A stretch of 64,000 nucleotides of DNA, from NCBI GenBank assembly GCA_902632555.1, contig CACPCZ010000001.1, positions 98,572 to 162,571 on the forward strand, in the 5' to 3' direction. The notes under the pieces are model-generated. The model worked only from the letters and a program-made list of their open reading frames with translations, made no database searches and was not told the DNA's origin. The stretch is from an uncultured SAR86 cluster bacterium. GTDB lineage: Bacteria; Pseudomonadota; Gammaproteobacteria; Magnimaribacterales; D2472. Made by a program: the position numbers and the translations under genes. Of this stretch, positions 10,996 to 18,986 are shown in pieces (position 1 is the stretch's first letter; each line of letters begins with the position of its first letter).

Positions 10996-11451
10996 ATGAA
11001 GTATTTATTTGTAGTTTTTTCTTTATTTATTATCAGCGCATGCGTTCAAGATAGCCCTAATATTAAACAAATAGAAAATTTACAGTACTTTATTGATAAT
11101 AAAAAAGATGACAGCATAATTGAAATAGAAAAAGGCCTTCAATATTCAGTTTTAGAGAGTGGTGACCCTTCAGGCCTAAGTCCATCTCCCAATCAGATAA
11201 TTACAGCACATTTTCATGGCACACTTACTAATGGAGAAGTATTTTGGACATCACTAGAGACTGAGCCTTTAGAGATAGAGTTATCAAAATTAATTGAAGG
11301 CTGCCAAAAAGTTATTTCCTTGATGAGAGAAGGTGATAAATGGCGAGTATTTATAGATCCAACAATGGCATACGGAGAAGAAGGTCGACCTGGCATTCCT
11401 TCAAATTCTATTCTAATTTTTGAGATTGAGCTTCTGGCAATAGACGCTTAA
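10996..11451 (+). CDS. FKBP-type peptidyl-prolyl isomerase-like lipoprotein
   Basis: Lipobox ISAC, GLQYSVL, AYG..G.PGIP.NS.LIFEIELL; several active-site residues substituted. Confidence 0.85.
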   Translation: MKYLFVVFSLFIISACVQDSPNIKQIENLQYFIDNKKDDSIIEIEKGLQYSVLESGDPSGLSPSPNQIITAHFHGTLTNGEVFWTSLETEPLEIELSKLIEGCQKVISLMREGDKWRVFIDPTMAYGEEGRPGIPSNSILIFEIELLAIDA

Positions 11452-11454
11452 GAA

Positions 11455-11533
11455 TGGTGGGCCTGGGAAGACTCGAACTTCCGACCTCTCGATTATCAGT
11501 CGAACGCTCTAACCAAAACTGAGCTACAGGCCC
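11455..11533 (-). tRNA. tRNA-Ile(GAT)
   Basis: Reverse complement folds as a cloverleaf: GGGCCTG/CAGGCCC acceptor, GCTC/GAGC D-stem, anticodon loop CTGATAA, TTCGA T-loop, encoded CCA. Confidence 0.95.
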
Positions 11534-11548
11534 TATAAACGAATGAGC

Positions 11549-11577
11549 ATTCTACCTTTGAATTAAAGTTTCGACAA
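11549..11577 (-). promoter_or_regulatory. Putative sigma70 promoter of tRNA-Ile
   Basis: TTGTCG-17 nt-TAGAAT on the minus strand, 15 nt upstream of the tRNA. Confidence 0.6.
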
Positions 11578-11582
11578 TTAAT

Positions 11583-12257
11583 CTAATTAACTTTTAAAGA
11601 TTTATAGAGGGTGTAATAAATATATCCCAAGGGAATAATTAATATATATTCTGTACAGGCTAGCATTACTGTTTGGATAATACCTTCAGGGACTATGCTC
11701 GAAAGAGTAAGTGCAGAAACTAACGTTAGTGAAATAAAGACTAAAGTAAACATAAAAAGTTTAGATCCGTACTCATCTGTGTTCTCCCATGATGAACTTA
11801 TGGACTGAAAGACTTTTTGATTTTCAAGCATTATATAAAAAGGAAATAAAGCAAGTCTTGCAGTAATATAAATACCAGGAAGAATTAATAGTAAATAACC
11901 AAAGGCTGAAACAATAGTAACTAGAACAAAGGTTCCAAATAATGGAAAGAATTTAGCTAATCCTGCTTGAAGTGCTCCAATTGGATTAATCTCTTTTTTA
12001 TTATCAATAGCCATATAACTTAGATAAAGACCTCCAAGAAAGGCCATTTGAAGAACTACGCCCGTAATTGATACTAATCCAATAACAGCAGAATTAGAGC
12101 TAAAAAATTCCATAAAATCTTCTGGCTGAGTCATGTCACCTAATGGTATTAATAAATAACCAACAGTTGATTCAATAGCTATTAGCGGGAGAGCTAGCAA
12201 AAGAAAATATTTCCAATTCTCAAATGAGAATTTCCAAGCATCTTTGAATTGATTCAT
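11583..12257 (-). CDS. Integral membrane protein (YciC/UPF0259-like)
   Basis: About 6 hydrophobic helices, 'LLLILPGIY..ARL.L.P' and 'SISSSW..T' pattern; ATG 12257 avoids head-to-head overlap. Confidence 0.65.
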   Translation of the reverse strand: MNQFKDAWKFSFENWKYFLLLALPLIAIESTVGYLLIPLGDMTQPEDFMEFFSSNSAVIGLVSITGVVLQMAFLGGLYLSYMAIDNKKEINPIGALQAGLAKFFPLFGTFVLVTIVSAFGYLLLILPGIYITARLALFPFYIMLENQKVFQSISSSWENTDEYGSKLFMFTLVFISLTLVSALTLSSIVPEGIIQTVMLACTEYILIIPLGYIYYTLYKSLKVN

Positions 12258-12276
12258 ATGTGAATTGTAAAGTAAT

Positions 12277-14388
12277 ATGCACTTTATGTATAAAAATAGC
12301 TTAAATTTAGTTCTTTTAATTTCCATAATCTCATGCAGCTCACCAGAGGGCGACTTAAATTACCCACAAACAAAAAAAGTTAGTTTTAAAGAAAACTTGC
12401 ACGGATATGAAGTTAGTGACGATTATAGATGGTTGGAGGATTTTACAAGTGATGAGTCAGTCGATTGGATAGAAAGACAAAATGCATTTACTAAAAAATT
12501 TATAAAAAAAAATAAATATAAAAGAAATCTTGAGAATTATTTAAATCAGATATGGGAGAGTGAATCGATTTCCACTCCCTATAAAGTAGAAGATAAAACT
12601 TTTTTTTATTTTAATGATGGTTCTTTTCAACAAAGTAAGTTGATGATTCAAGATTGTGATGAATGTGAGGCAAGAGTCCTTATTGATCCAAATCTTTTTT
12701 CAGAAGATGGAACAGTCTCTTTAGGCGGAACAAGCGTCAGTAATGATGCAACTCATATAGCTTTTTCAATTTCAGATGGAGGTTCTGATTGGAGAACTTG
12801 GAAAGTAATGAACATAGAAACTGGAGTGGTATTGGAGGACGAGCTGAAATGGGCTAAGTTTTCAGGCGCAACTTGGGAGAATGATAATAGTGGTTTTTAC
12901 TACAGAAGATATGAGGAACCAGATGGCGAACTCTTAAAAGAATTAAATGAGGCTCCAAAACTAATGTTTCATAAAATTGGAACAGATCAATCTGAGGATG
13001 AATTAATTTATGAAAATTTTGAAAATCCTAGATGGGGATTTGGAATAACTGTAATAAAAGACAGTGAAATGAAATTATTGTCTATTTCTGAGGGAACAGA
13101 TGATAGAAATAGAATTTATCTGAAAATGGACAAAAACAGCGAATTTATGCCTATTATCGACGATTTAATTGGCACATATAGCTTTATTGATAGTAAAGAT
13201 AATATTTTATGGTTCTACACTACTGAAGGCGCTCCAAATGGCAAAATTGTAAATTTAGAGGTAAAAAACGGTTCATTTATTTGGAATGAAGTCATTTCTG
13301 AGTCTGAAAATGCTATTAGATCTGTCAATATTATTAATAATTCATTTGTTATAAATTATTTAGAGGATACTTTTTCACAAATTAGTGTTTTCAATCTTTC
13401 GGGTGAATTCGTTTCTAAATTATCTCTTCCCAAACAAGGAACCATAAGTGGCTTCGGTGGCGGTATTGAAGACACCAGTTCGTACTTTGCAATTACGAAC
13501 TATGTTACTCCCAGAGAAATTTACGAAATAGATTTAACAGATTTATCTTTTAAATTATTTTGGAAAGAGGAACTAGCAGACTATAAGTCATCTGATTATG
13601 TTTCAAGACTAGAATTTTATTCATCAAAAGATGGAACACAAATCCCAATTCACATAAGTCATAAAAAAGATTTAAAGATTGATGAGAATACACCTTTACT
13701 AATTTATGGTTACGGCGGTTTCAATATTTCTATTCTTCCAAACTTTAGTAAAAGTCATACGGCATGGAAAAATCAAAATGGAGTTTATGCAGTTGCAAAC
13801 TTAAGAGGCGGAGCAGAATATGGAGATGCCTGGCACGAGGCCGGTATGTTATTAAATAAACAAAATGTGTTTGATGATTTTGCGTACGCAGCAAAATTTT
13901 TACATTCAAAAAATATAGGCTCACCAAAAACTACAGCTATTGATGGAAGATCAAATGGTGGGCTTTTGGTTGCAGCAACTATGTTGCAAAATCCTGATTT
14001 ATTTAGAGTTGCTATTCCACAGGTTGGAGTTTTAGATATGCTTAGATTTAATAAATTTACAATTGGTTGGGCATGGGAAAGTGATTATGGTTCATCAGAT
14101 AAAAAAGATGAGTTTGAAAATTTGTTAGCTTATTCACCGCTACACAATATTAAATCTGATGTTTGCTATCCAACTACTCTTATTACTACAGCTAGTCGAG
14201 ACGATAGAGTAGTGCCTTCTCATTCTTTTAAATTTGCAGCTAAGCTTCAGGAATATCAGTCTTGTAATAATCCAATTCTTATAAGAGTAGAGGACAGAGC
14301 CGGGCATGGAGCAGGTACGCCGAAAGATAAAAGAATAAATCAAATTTCAGAAATTTATGGATTTGCTTTAAACGTAATTAATAAATAG
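12277..14388 (+). CDS. Prolyl oligopeptidase (S9A), probable lipoprotein
   Basis: DDYRWLED, YGYGGF, GRSNGG nucleophile, DDRV, GHGAG triad; lipobox IISC. Confidence 0.93.
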   Translation: MHFMYKNSLNLVLLISIISCSSPEGDLNYPQTKKVSFKENLHGYEVSDDYRWLEDFTSDESVDWIERQNAFTKKFIKKNKYKRNLENYLNQIWESESISTPYKVEDKTFFYFNDGSFQQSKLMIQDCDECEARVLIDPNLFSEDGTVSLGGTSVSNDATHIAFSISDGGSDWRTWKVMNIETGVVLEDELKWAKFSGATWENDNSGFYYRRYEEPDGELLKELNEAPKLMFHKIGTDQSEDELIYENFENPRWGFGITVIKDSEMKLLSISEGTDDRNRIYLKMDKNSEFMPIIDDLIGTYSFIDSKDNILWFYTTEGAPNGKIVNLEVKNGSFIWNEVISESENAIRSVNIINNSFVINYLEDTFSQISVFNLSGEFVSKLSLPKQGTISGFGGGIEDTSSYFAITNYVTPREIYEIDLTDLSFKLFWKEELADYKSSDYVSRLEFYSSKDGTQIPIHISHKKDLKIDENTPLLIYGYGGFNISILPNFSKSHTAWKNQNGVYAVANLRGGAEYGDAWHEAGMLLNKQNVFDDFAYAAKFLHSKNIGSPKTTAIDGRSNGGLLVAATMLQNPDLFRVAIPQVGVLDMLRFNKFTIGWAWESDYGSSDKKDEFENLLAYSPLHNIKSDVCYPTTLITTASRDDRVVPSHSFKFAAKLQEYQSCNNPILIRVEDRAGHGAGTPKDKRINQISEIYGFALNVINK

Positions 14389-14393
14389 AAATA

Positions 14394-15311
14394 CTATTTT
14401 TTTGAACAATACATGCATTCTGGTAATTCACTAAATTTTTCTTTTTGATATAAACCAATCCTTCGACATTTTTTACATTCTGCTCTTATTTCTTTTTTAA
14501 TTATGTCCACGTATTTCATAGAAGAGAAATTGAAATTCTCTCCATGTTCGTCCGTAAGATTATTTTTTTCATAATCAAGTTTTTTTCTTCTATATTCTTT
14601 TGCTCTGCAAGTTTCTGAACAGAACTTTTGAATATTCCCTTTTGATGAGTCGACAAAGTTTGATGAGCAAAATTTACAAGATTTTAGTTCAGGATTATTT
14701 TTTGAATATTTATAAAGAGCAATTGCACCTCCAAGACATGTTGAGAAAATTCTTATTTCGTTTTTTTGAGTATCAATAAAATTAATATTTCTATTAAAGT
14801 GCTTATTAAGAAAGAATTCATTAACTGACCATTTCGCACCTACACTTCTTTTTGGATCTAACAATACTTTCCACTCAGCTAATAATTCAGAGTAAATGAG
14901 TTTTTCATATAATTTTTCTTCATTAAAATCACCTGAAAAATTTTCCGGAAAACTCTCAGCAAAATTTGCATATATGGATTCGGTAGTTGTATCTATAATC
15001 GGCAGTTCAGAAGCAAACTTGTGTGTGGCTGTTAGTAATCCATATTTATTAACAATATTTAAAAATTCTTTAGACTCGAAGAAGTCAATCTTATTAATTT
15101 CAACTTCTTTTTGCGCTTCACTAATTTCTATATAAAACTCTGCAATATTTAATTTTTTGAATATAAAACTATTTTTGTCGATAGCATCAATGGTTGAGTG
15201 TCTAAATTTGGATCCATTTCTAATAGTTACACTTGTATTTATTGTATAACCACTTTTATGCACAACATTATATATTGCGGGGTTGGTCTTTAAATTTATC
15301 TCTTTTTTCAT
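14394..15311 (-). CDS. Hypothetical protein with CGNR-like zinc finger and a second C-terminal Cys4 ribbon
   Basis: CKFC..F.D.S....KFCSETCR...YRRKK, then CKKC...CMYC. Confidence 0.65.
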   Translation of the reverse strand: MKKEINLKTNPAIYNVVHKSGYTINTSVTIRNGSKFRHSTIDAIDKNSFIFKKLNIAEFYIEISEAQKEVEINKIDFFESKEFLNIVNKYGLLTATHKFASELPIIDTTTESIYANFAESFPENFSGDFNEEKLYEKLIYSELLAEWKVLLDPKRSVGAKWSVNEFFLNKHFNRNINFIDTQKNEIRIFSTCLGGAIALYKYSKNNPELKSCKFCSSNFVDSSKGNIQKFCSETCRAKEYRRKKLDYEKNNLTDEHGENFNFSSMKYVDIIKKEIRAECKKCRRIGLYQKEKFSELPECMYCSKK

Positions 15312-15525
15312 AAATTTTTATTAAAAATATCCACTTGTGAATATTAATTACGCTTATTTTACTTTTAAGAATAGCATATTATAAATATTCGTGCATAATT
15401 AATCACGTATAAAACATTGCTTATTCATGCAAAGTACTCTATCATTGTCTTTTTATCATTATAAAAATTATTTATTTGTGATTAATAAATAAAATTATTA
15501 TAGCTTTTAAAGCAGGAGAACAAAA

Positions 15526-15684
15526 ATGAAAATCACAAGAGATATAACCACTCTATTAATAAACAATTGGTTTAAAAAATTTAATGAGGATTTTAACTAT
15601 GGAAAATATAGTTACCTTTCCTCCGTTAAGAGATTTAAAGTCTATGATTACTCTTCCAATAAAATGGTTGAGTGTAGATCTTGA
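15526..15684 (+). CDS. Possible unannotated 52-aa ORF
   Basis: AGGAG at 15514-15518 before ATG 15526; MKITRDITTLLINNWFKKF...VECRS; overlaps the next gene. Confidence 0.35.
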   Translation: MKITRDITTLLINNWFKKFNEDFNYGKYSYLSSVKRFKVYDYSSNKMVECRS

Positions 15685-16291
15685 ATATTGTCGAGATGAG
15701 CTTGATAGAAAATTTTGTGTTACAGAAATCGCATTTTATGACATTTATGCAAAGCATGAGGTTTTTAGAACTTATGTCAAGCCAAAAGATAATTTCTTAC
15801 TTTCAAGAAGAATGCAAGAGAAGGGAATCAGTATTAATGATATTAACTCTTCTCCAACTATGGAAGAGCTAGATCAGCTTTTAAGAACATTCTTACCAAG
15901 TTGTATATTAGTTTTTTGGAATGCTGAAAATGATCTTAGACATTACCCTAAATTAAAAACATATTCATATGGAACACGTTGTGCAATGAAAAGATACAGT
16001 GAACGGCATGGGCCATATAATTTTGATTGGGGAACTCATAAATTTCTTAAGCTTAAAGATGTAGCAATTGAAGAAGGATTCGTTCTTGAAGAAAACGAGA
16101 GGTTTCATCAGGCACTAACAGATGCAAGGGCAACCGGATATATATGGGATATTCTTGATAAAGAAACACTTCCATCTCCAATTCCCTTAGATCTTGTTTT
16201 GAGAGAAGATGTTGAAAAACTTCTGCTTGAATCACAAACTTTAATTGCCGACTTTAAAGAGGAAGAAAAAGAAGACCCCATTCCATTTTAG
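15599..16291 (+). CDS. DEDDh (DnaQ-like) 3'-5' exonuclease with acidic SSB-like C-terminus
   Basis: ExoI VDLEY, ExoII WNAEND, ExoIII HQALTD; ends EEEKEDPIPF; ATG 15599 follows GAGGA. Confidence 0.8.
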   Translation: MENIVTFPPLRDLKSMITLPIKWLSVDLEYCRDELDRKFCVTEIAFYDIYAKHEVFRTYVKPKDNFLLSRRMQEKGISINDINSSPTMEELDQLLRTFLPSCILVFWNAENDLRHYPKLKTYSYGTRCAMKRYSERHGPYNFDWGTHKFLKLKDVAIEEGFVLEENERFHQALTDARATGYIWDILDKETLPSPIPLDLVLREDVEKLLLESQTLIADFKEEEKEDPIPF

Positions 16292-16311
16292 GAATAGGGC
16301 CAACTAATAAA

Positions 16312-16356
16312 GTTGTGTGATAAAAACACTAACCAAGTTTAATTTTATCACACAAC
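16312..16356. repeat. Perfect 14-bp inverted repeat with 17-nt spacer
   Basis: GTTGTGTGATAAAA (16312-16325) / TTTTATCACACAAC (16343-16356), followed by ATTTTT. Confidence 0.85.
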
Positions 16357-16378
16357 ATTTTTACATAAGGAAATTAAA

Positions 16379-16702
16379 ATGCAGTTTGATAAAAAACAAC
16401 AAGTTTTCATATTATTAGAAGAAATTAGAAAAAAGGTTGGCTATTATGCAAACCATTCTTTAGAAGATTTCAGACGTGTTCCAGTTAAGACATTAGTTTG
16501 GTTGGCGCTTGATAATTCTTTTCTGGAATTACAAATAAAACAGTTAAAAGATAAGCTCGAAGAGAATAAAATTTTTTTTGATTTTGAAGTAAAAGCTCAG
16601 AATGACATTATCCCTGATGACGAAGATTATTTAGAAGCAGGGCTAAAAATTCTCGATGATCTTGAAGATATGGAAATATCAACTAGATATCCAAAGAATT
16701 AG
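16379..16702 (+). CDS. Hypothetical protein (coiled-coil-like, acidic C-terminus)
   Basis: 107-aa ORF preceded by TAAGGA RBS; no recognisable motif. Confidence 0.65.
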   Translation: MQFDKKQQVFILLEEIRKKVGYYANHSLEDFRRVPVKTLVWLALDNSFLELQIKQLKDKLEENKIFFDFEVKAQNDIIPDDEDYLEAGLKILDDLEDMEISTRYPKN

Positions 16703-16764
16703 TATTATATCATTGATATGCGGTGTTATTTTATTATATTTCGCTTAATACAAATTAATTATTA

Positions 16765-16793
16765 TGGACATTTTATTAATATAAATTTAACAT
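16765..16793 (+). promoter_or_regulatory. Putative sigma70 promoter of the thiamine uptake operon
   Basis: TGGACA-17 nt-TAACAT, placing the TSS near 16800 at the riboswitch 5' end. Confidence 0.55.
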
Positions 16794-16800
16794 AAGCTTA

Positions 16801-16883
16801 ATGCAAAGGGGTGGCTTAATTAGCCTGAGATCTTACGAAACTCTTTGAACCTGATCAACACAATAGTTGCGGAGGAATTGCAT
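16801..16883 (+). ncRNA. TPP riboswitch (THI element)
   Basis: GGGGTG...CTGAGA...ACTCTTTGAACCTGATC-AAC/GTT-GCGGAGGAA; P1 ATGCAA/TTGCAT; upstream of thiamine-type uptake genes. Confidence 0.92.
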
Positions 16884-18980
16884 ATGTATATCAGAAAAAG
16901 ATTTTTATTTTTATTACCTTTAATTTTTTCTTTATCAGTTTCATCTAATGATATTGAAGAGATAATTGTTCAGGGCGAATATAGAGAAAAATCTATTAGT
17001 GATGAAGATTCTAGTATTTCTATTATTCAATCAGAAAAAATAAAATCACAAGCCATAAAACATTTTCAACAACTTTCTTACCTTGTTCCAAATTTAAATT
17101 ATGCCGCCTCAGATTCTAGAGCTAGGTATTTTCAAATTAGAGGAATAGGGGAAAGATCTGGATATCAAGGCACGCCAAATTCTTCAGTAGGATTTTTGAT
17201 TGATGATATTGATTATTCTGGACAAGGTGGAATTGCAACTTTATTTGATGTGGATCAGGTTGAAGTCTTTCGTGGGCCACAAGGATCGAGAACAGGAGCA
17301 AATGCTTTAGCAGGATTAATTTATATAAAAACAAAAGATCCAACAAATCAATTTGAAGGAACTTCTGAAATTACTCTTGGAGATTATGGAACCCAAAATT
17401 TAGGTATTGCTTTTGGCGGCCCTATGAAAAATGAAAAACTTAAATATCGTCTCGTATTAAGAACAGATTATGCAGATGGCTTTAGAAAAAATATTTTTTT
17501 AAACAAGTCAGACACTTCTAAAAAAGACGAGCTGACATTACGATATAAATTAAATTGGGATCTTAATGAGACTACAGAAATTAATTTTCTTATTTCAAAA
17601 GTTGATATGGATGATCCAGCAGACATATGGACAATAGATGGCAGTTTAAACACTTTATCTGATCGTCCAGGAATGGATTCGCAAGAAACAGATTCTTATG
17701 GAATAAAAATTACAAAAAACTTTAACAATTTTGATCTACAAAGTTTTACAAGTGTGACCAACACAGATGTAAATTTTAGTTACGATGCTGATTGGGGTAA
17801 TTCCGAGTCACATTTTCCATATATTTACGATTATTTTTCTGAAACACTCAGAAAAAGGGATACTTTTAGCCAAGAAATACGTTTTCTGTCCAAAAATACA
17901 GATTTTTCACAAAAAAATCCGTTTGAGTGGGTTTTTGGTTTTGATTTTAGTGAATTAGAAGAAATGAATGTAACAAGAGATGATGGAATTTATGGTGATC
18001 CATCTGATCCATACGGCCCTTATGAAAGTGAATCAGTAGTTTCAAGGAATTATGAAGCTGAAAATTTATCATTGTTCGGAAACATTGATTACTTCCTTTC
18101 AGAAAATTATAAGTTAGCTTTTGGATTAAGATGGGAAAATTGGGACTCAAAATATAATGATTCAAATCAAGAATCATTCAATCCGTCTGACAACATGAAT
18201 GGAGGAAAAATTTCTCTGATTAAAAATAATGATAATTCAAATATTTATTTTTCAATTGCACGAGGATATAAACAGGGTGGGTTTAATCTTGGTTTAGATG
18301 CAACTGATAATTCAATAAAAGACTCTTTAATATATGATCCAGAATTTTTGACTAACTACGAAATCGGATTAAGCTCAAATAACAATAACTCAATCCTGAA
18401 TTATTCAGCAGTTTTTTTCTTTTCAAAAAGAGAAGATCAGCAAGTTTTAATTTCAAGGCAAGTAGATCCAACTGACCCAAATACTTTTTCATATTTGACC
18501 CAAAATGCAGCAGAGGGTGAAAATTATGGATTAGAAATTAGCTCAAATTATTTTGTTAGAGATAATCTAAATCTGTATGCTAATTTCGGCCTGCTTAAAA
18601 CAAAAATAAAAAATTGGGAATCTAGAAGTGACCTAGAAAATAGAGCACAAGCTCATGCACCAGAAAGAAACTTTTCATTAGGCGCAAACCTAGCATTTAA
18701 GAATAATTTTTATTTAAAGATGGATATTAATGGGAAGAGTAGCTTTTTTTACTCTGATTCACATAATAATAAATCTAAAAGTTATAAGCTTGTAAACCTT
18801 TCATTAGGCTATACAAAATCAAATTTTTCAACAGATATATGGGTAAGAAATCTATTTGATGAATATTACTCTACTAGAGGTTTTTTCTTCGGAAATGAGG
18901 CTCCAAATTTCGTTGATACTTTGTATAGAAGACAAGGTGATCCAAAAAATATTGGCATCTCTTTAAGATATGATTTTTAA
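16884..18980 (+). CDS. TonB-dependent receptor, probably for thiamine
   Basis: Signal peptide, EEIIV TonB box, plug VEVFRGPQG, C-terminal YDF; under TPP riboswitch; start ATG 16884. Confidence 0.9.
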   Translation: MYIRKRFLFLLPLIFSLSVSSNDIEEIIVQGEYREKSISDEDSSISIIQSEKIKSQAIKHFQQLSYLVPNLNYAASDSRARYFQIRGIGERSGYQGTPNSSVGFLIDDIDYSGQGGIATLFDVDQVEVFRGPQGSRTGANALAGLIYIKTKDPTNQFEGTSEITLGDYGTQNLGIAFGGPMKNEKLKYRLVLRTDYADGFRKNIFLNKSDTSKKDELTLRYKLNWDLNETTEINFLISKVDMDDPADIWTIDGSLNTLSDRPGMDSQETDSYGIKITKNFNNFDLQSFTSVTNTDVNFSYDADWGNSESHFPYIYDYFSETLRKRDTFSQEIRFLSKNTDFSQKNPFEWVFGFDFSELEEMNVTRDDGIYGDPSDPYGPYESESVVSRNYEAENLSLFGNIDYFLSENYKLAFGLRWENWDSKYNDSNQESFNPSDNMNGGKISLIKNNDNSNIYFSIARGYKQGGFNLGLDATDNSIKDSLIYDPEFLTNYEIGLSSNNNNSILNYSAVFFFSKREDQQVLISRQVDPTDPNTFSYLTQNAAEGENYGLEISSNYFVRDNLNLYANFGLLKTKIKNWESRSDLENRAQAHAPERNFSLGANLAFKNNFYLKMDINGKSSFFYSDSHNNKSKSYKLVNLSLGYTKSNFSTDIWVRNLFDEYYSTRGFFFGNEAPNFVDTLYRRQGDPKNIGISLRYDF

Positions 18981-18986
18981 AATTAC

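Noticed and set aside
16316..16352. CRP site (TGTGA...TCACA)
   Set aside because: Half-sites are 27 nt apart rather than 6
16785..16795. ATTTAACATAA, exact reverse complement of the XerD arm of dif
   Set aside because: No XerC arm at 6-bp spacing; it overlaps the predicted -10 of the TPP operon and is plausible by chance in AT-rich DNA
11455..16800. tRNA-anchored genomic island or prophage
   Set aside because: Genes next to the tRNA look like ordinary chromosomal genes; no intact integrase, phage structural genes or tRNA 3' duplication seen
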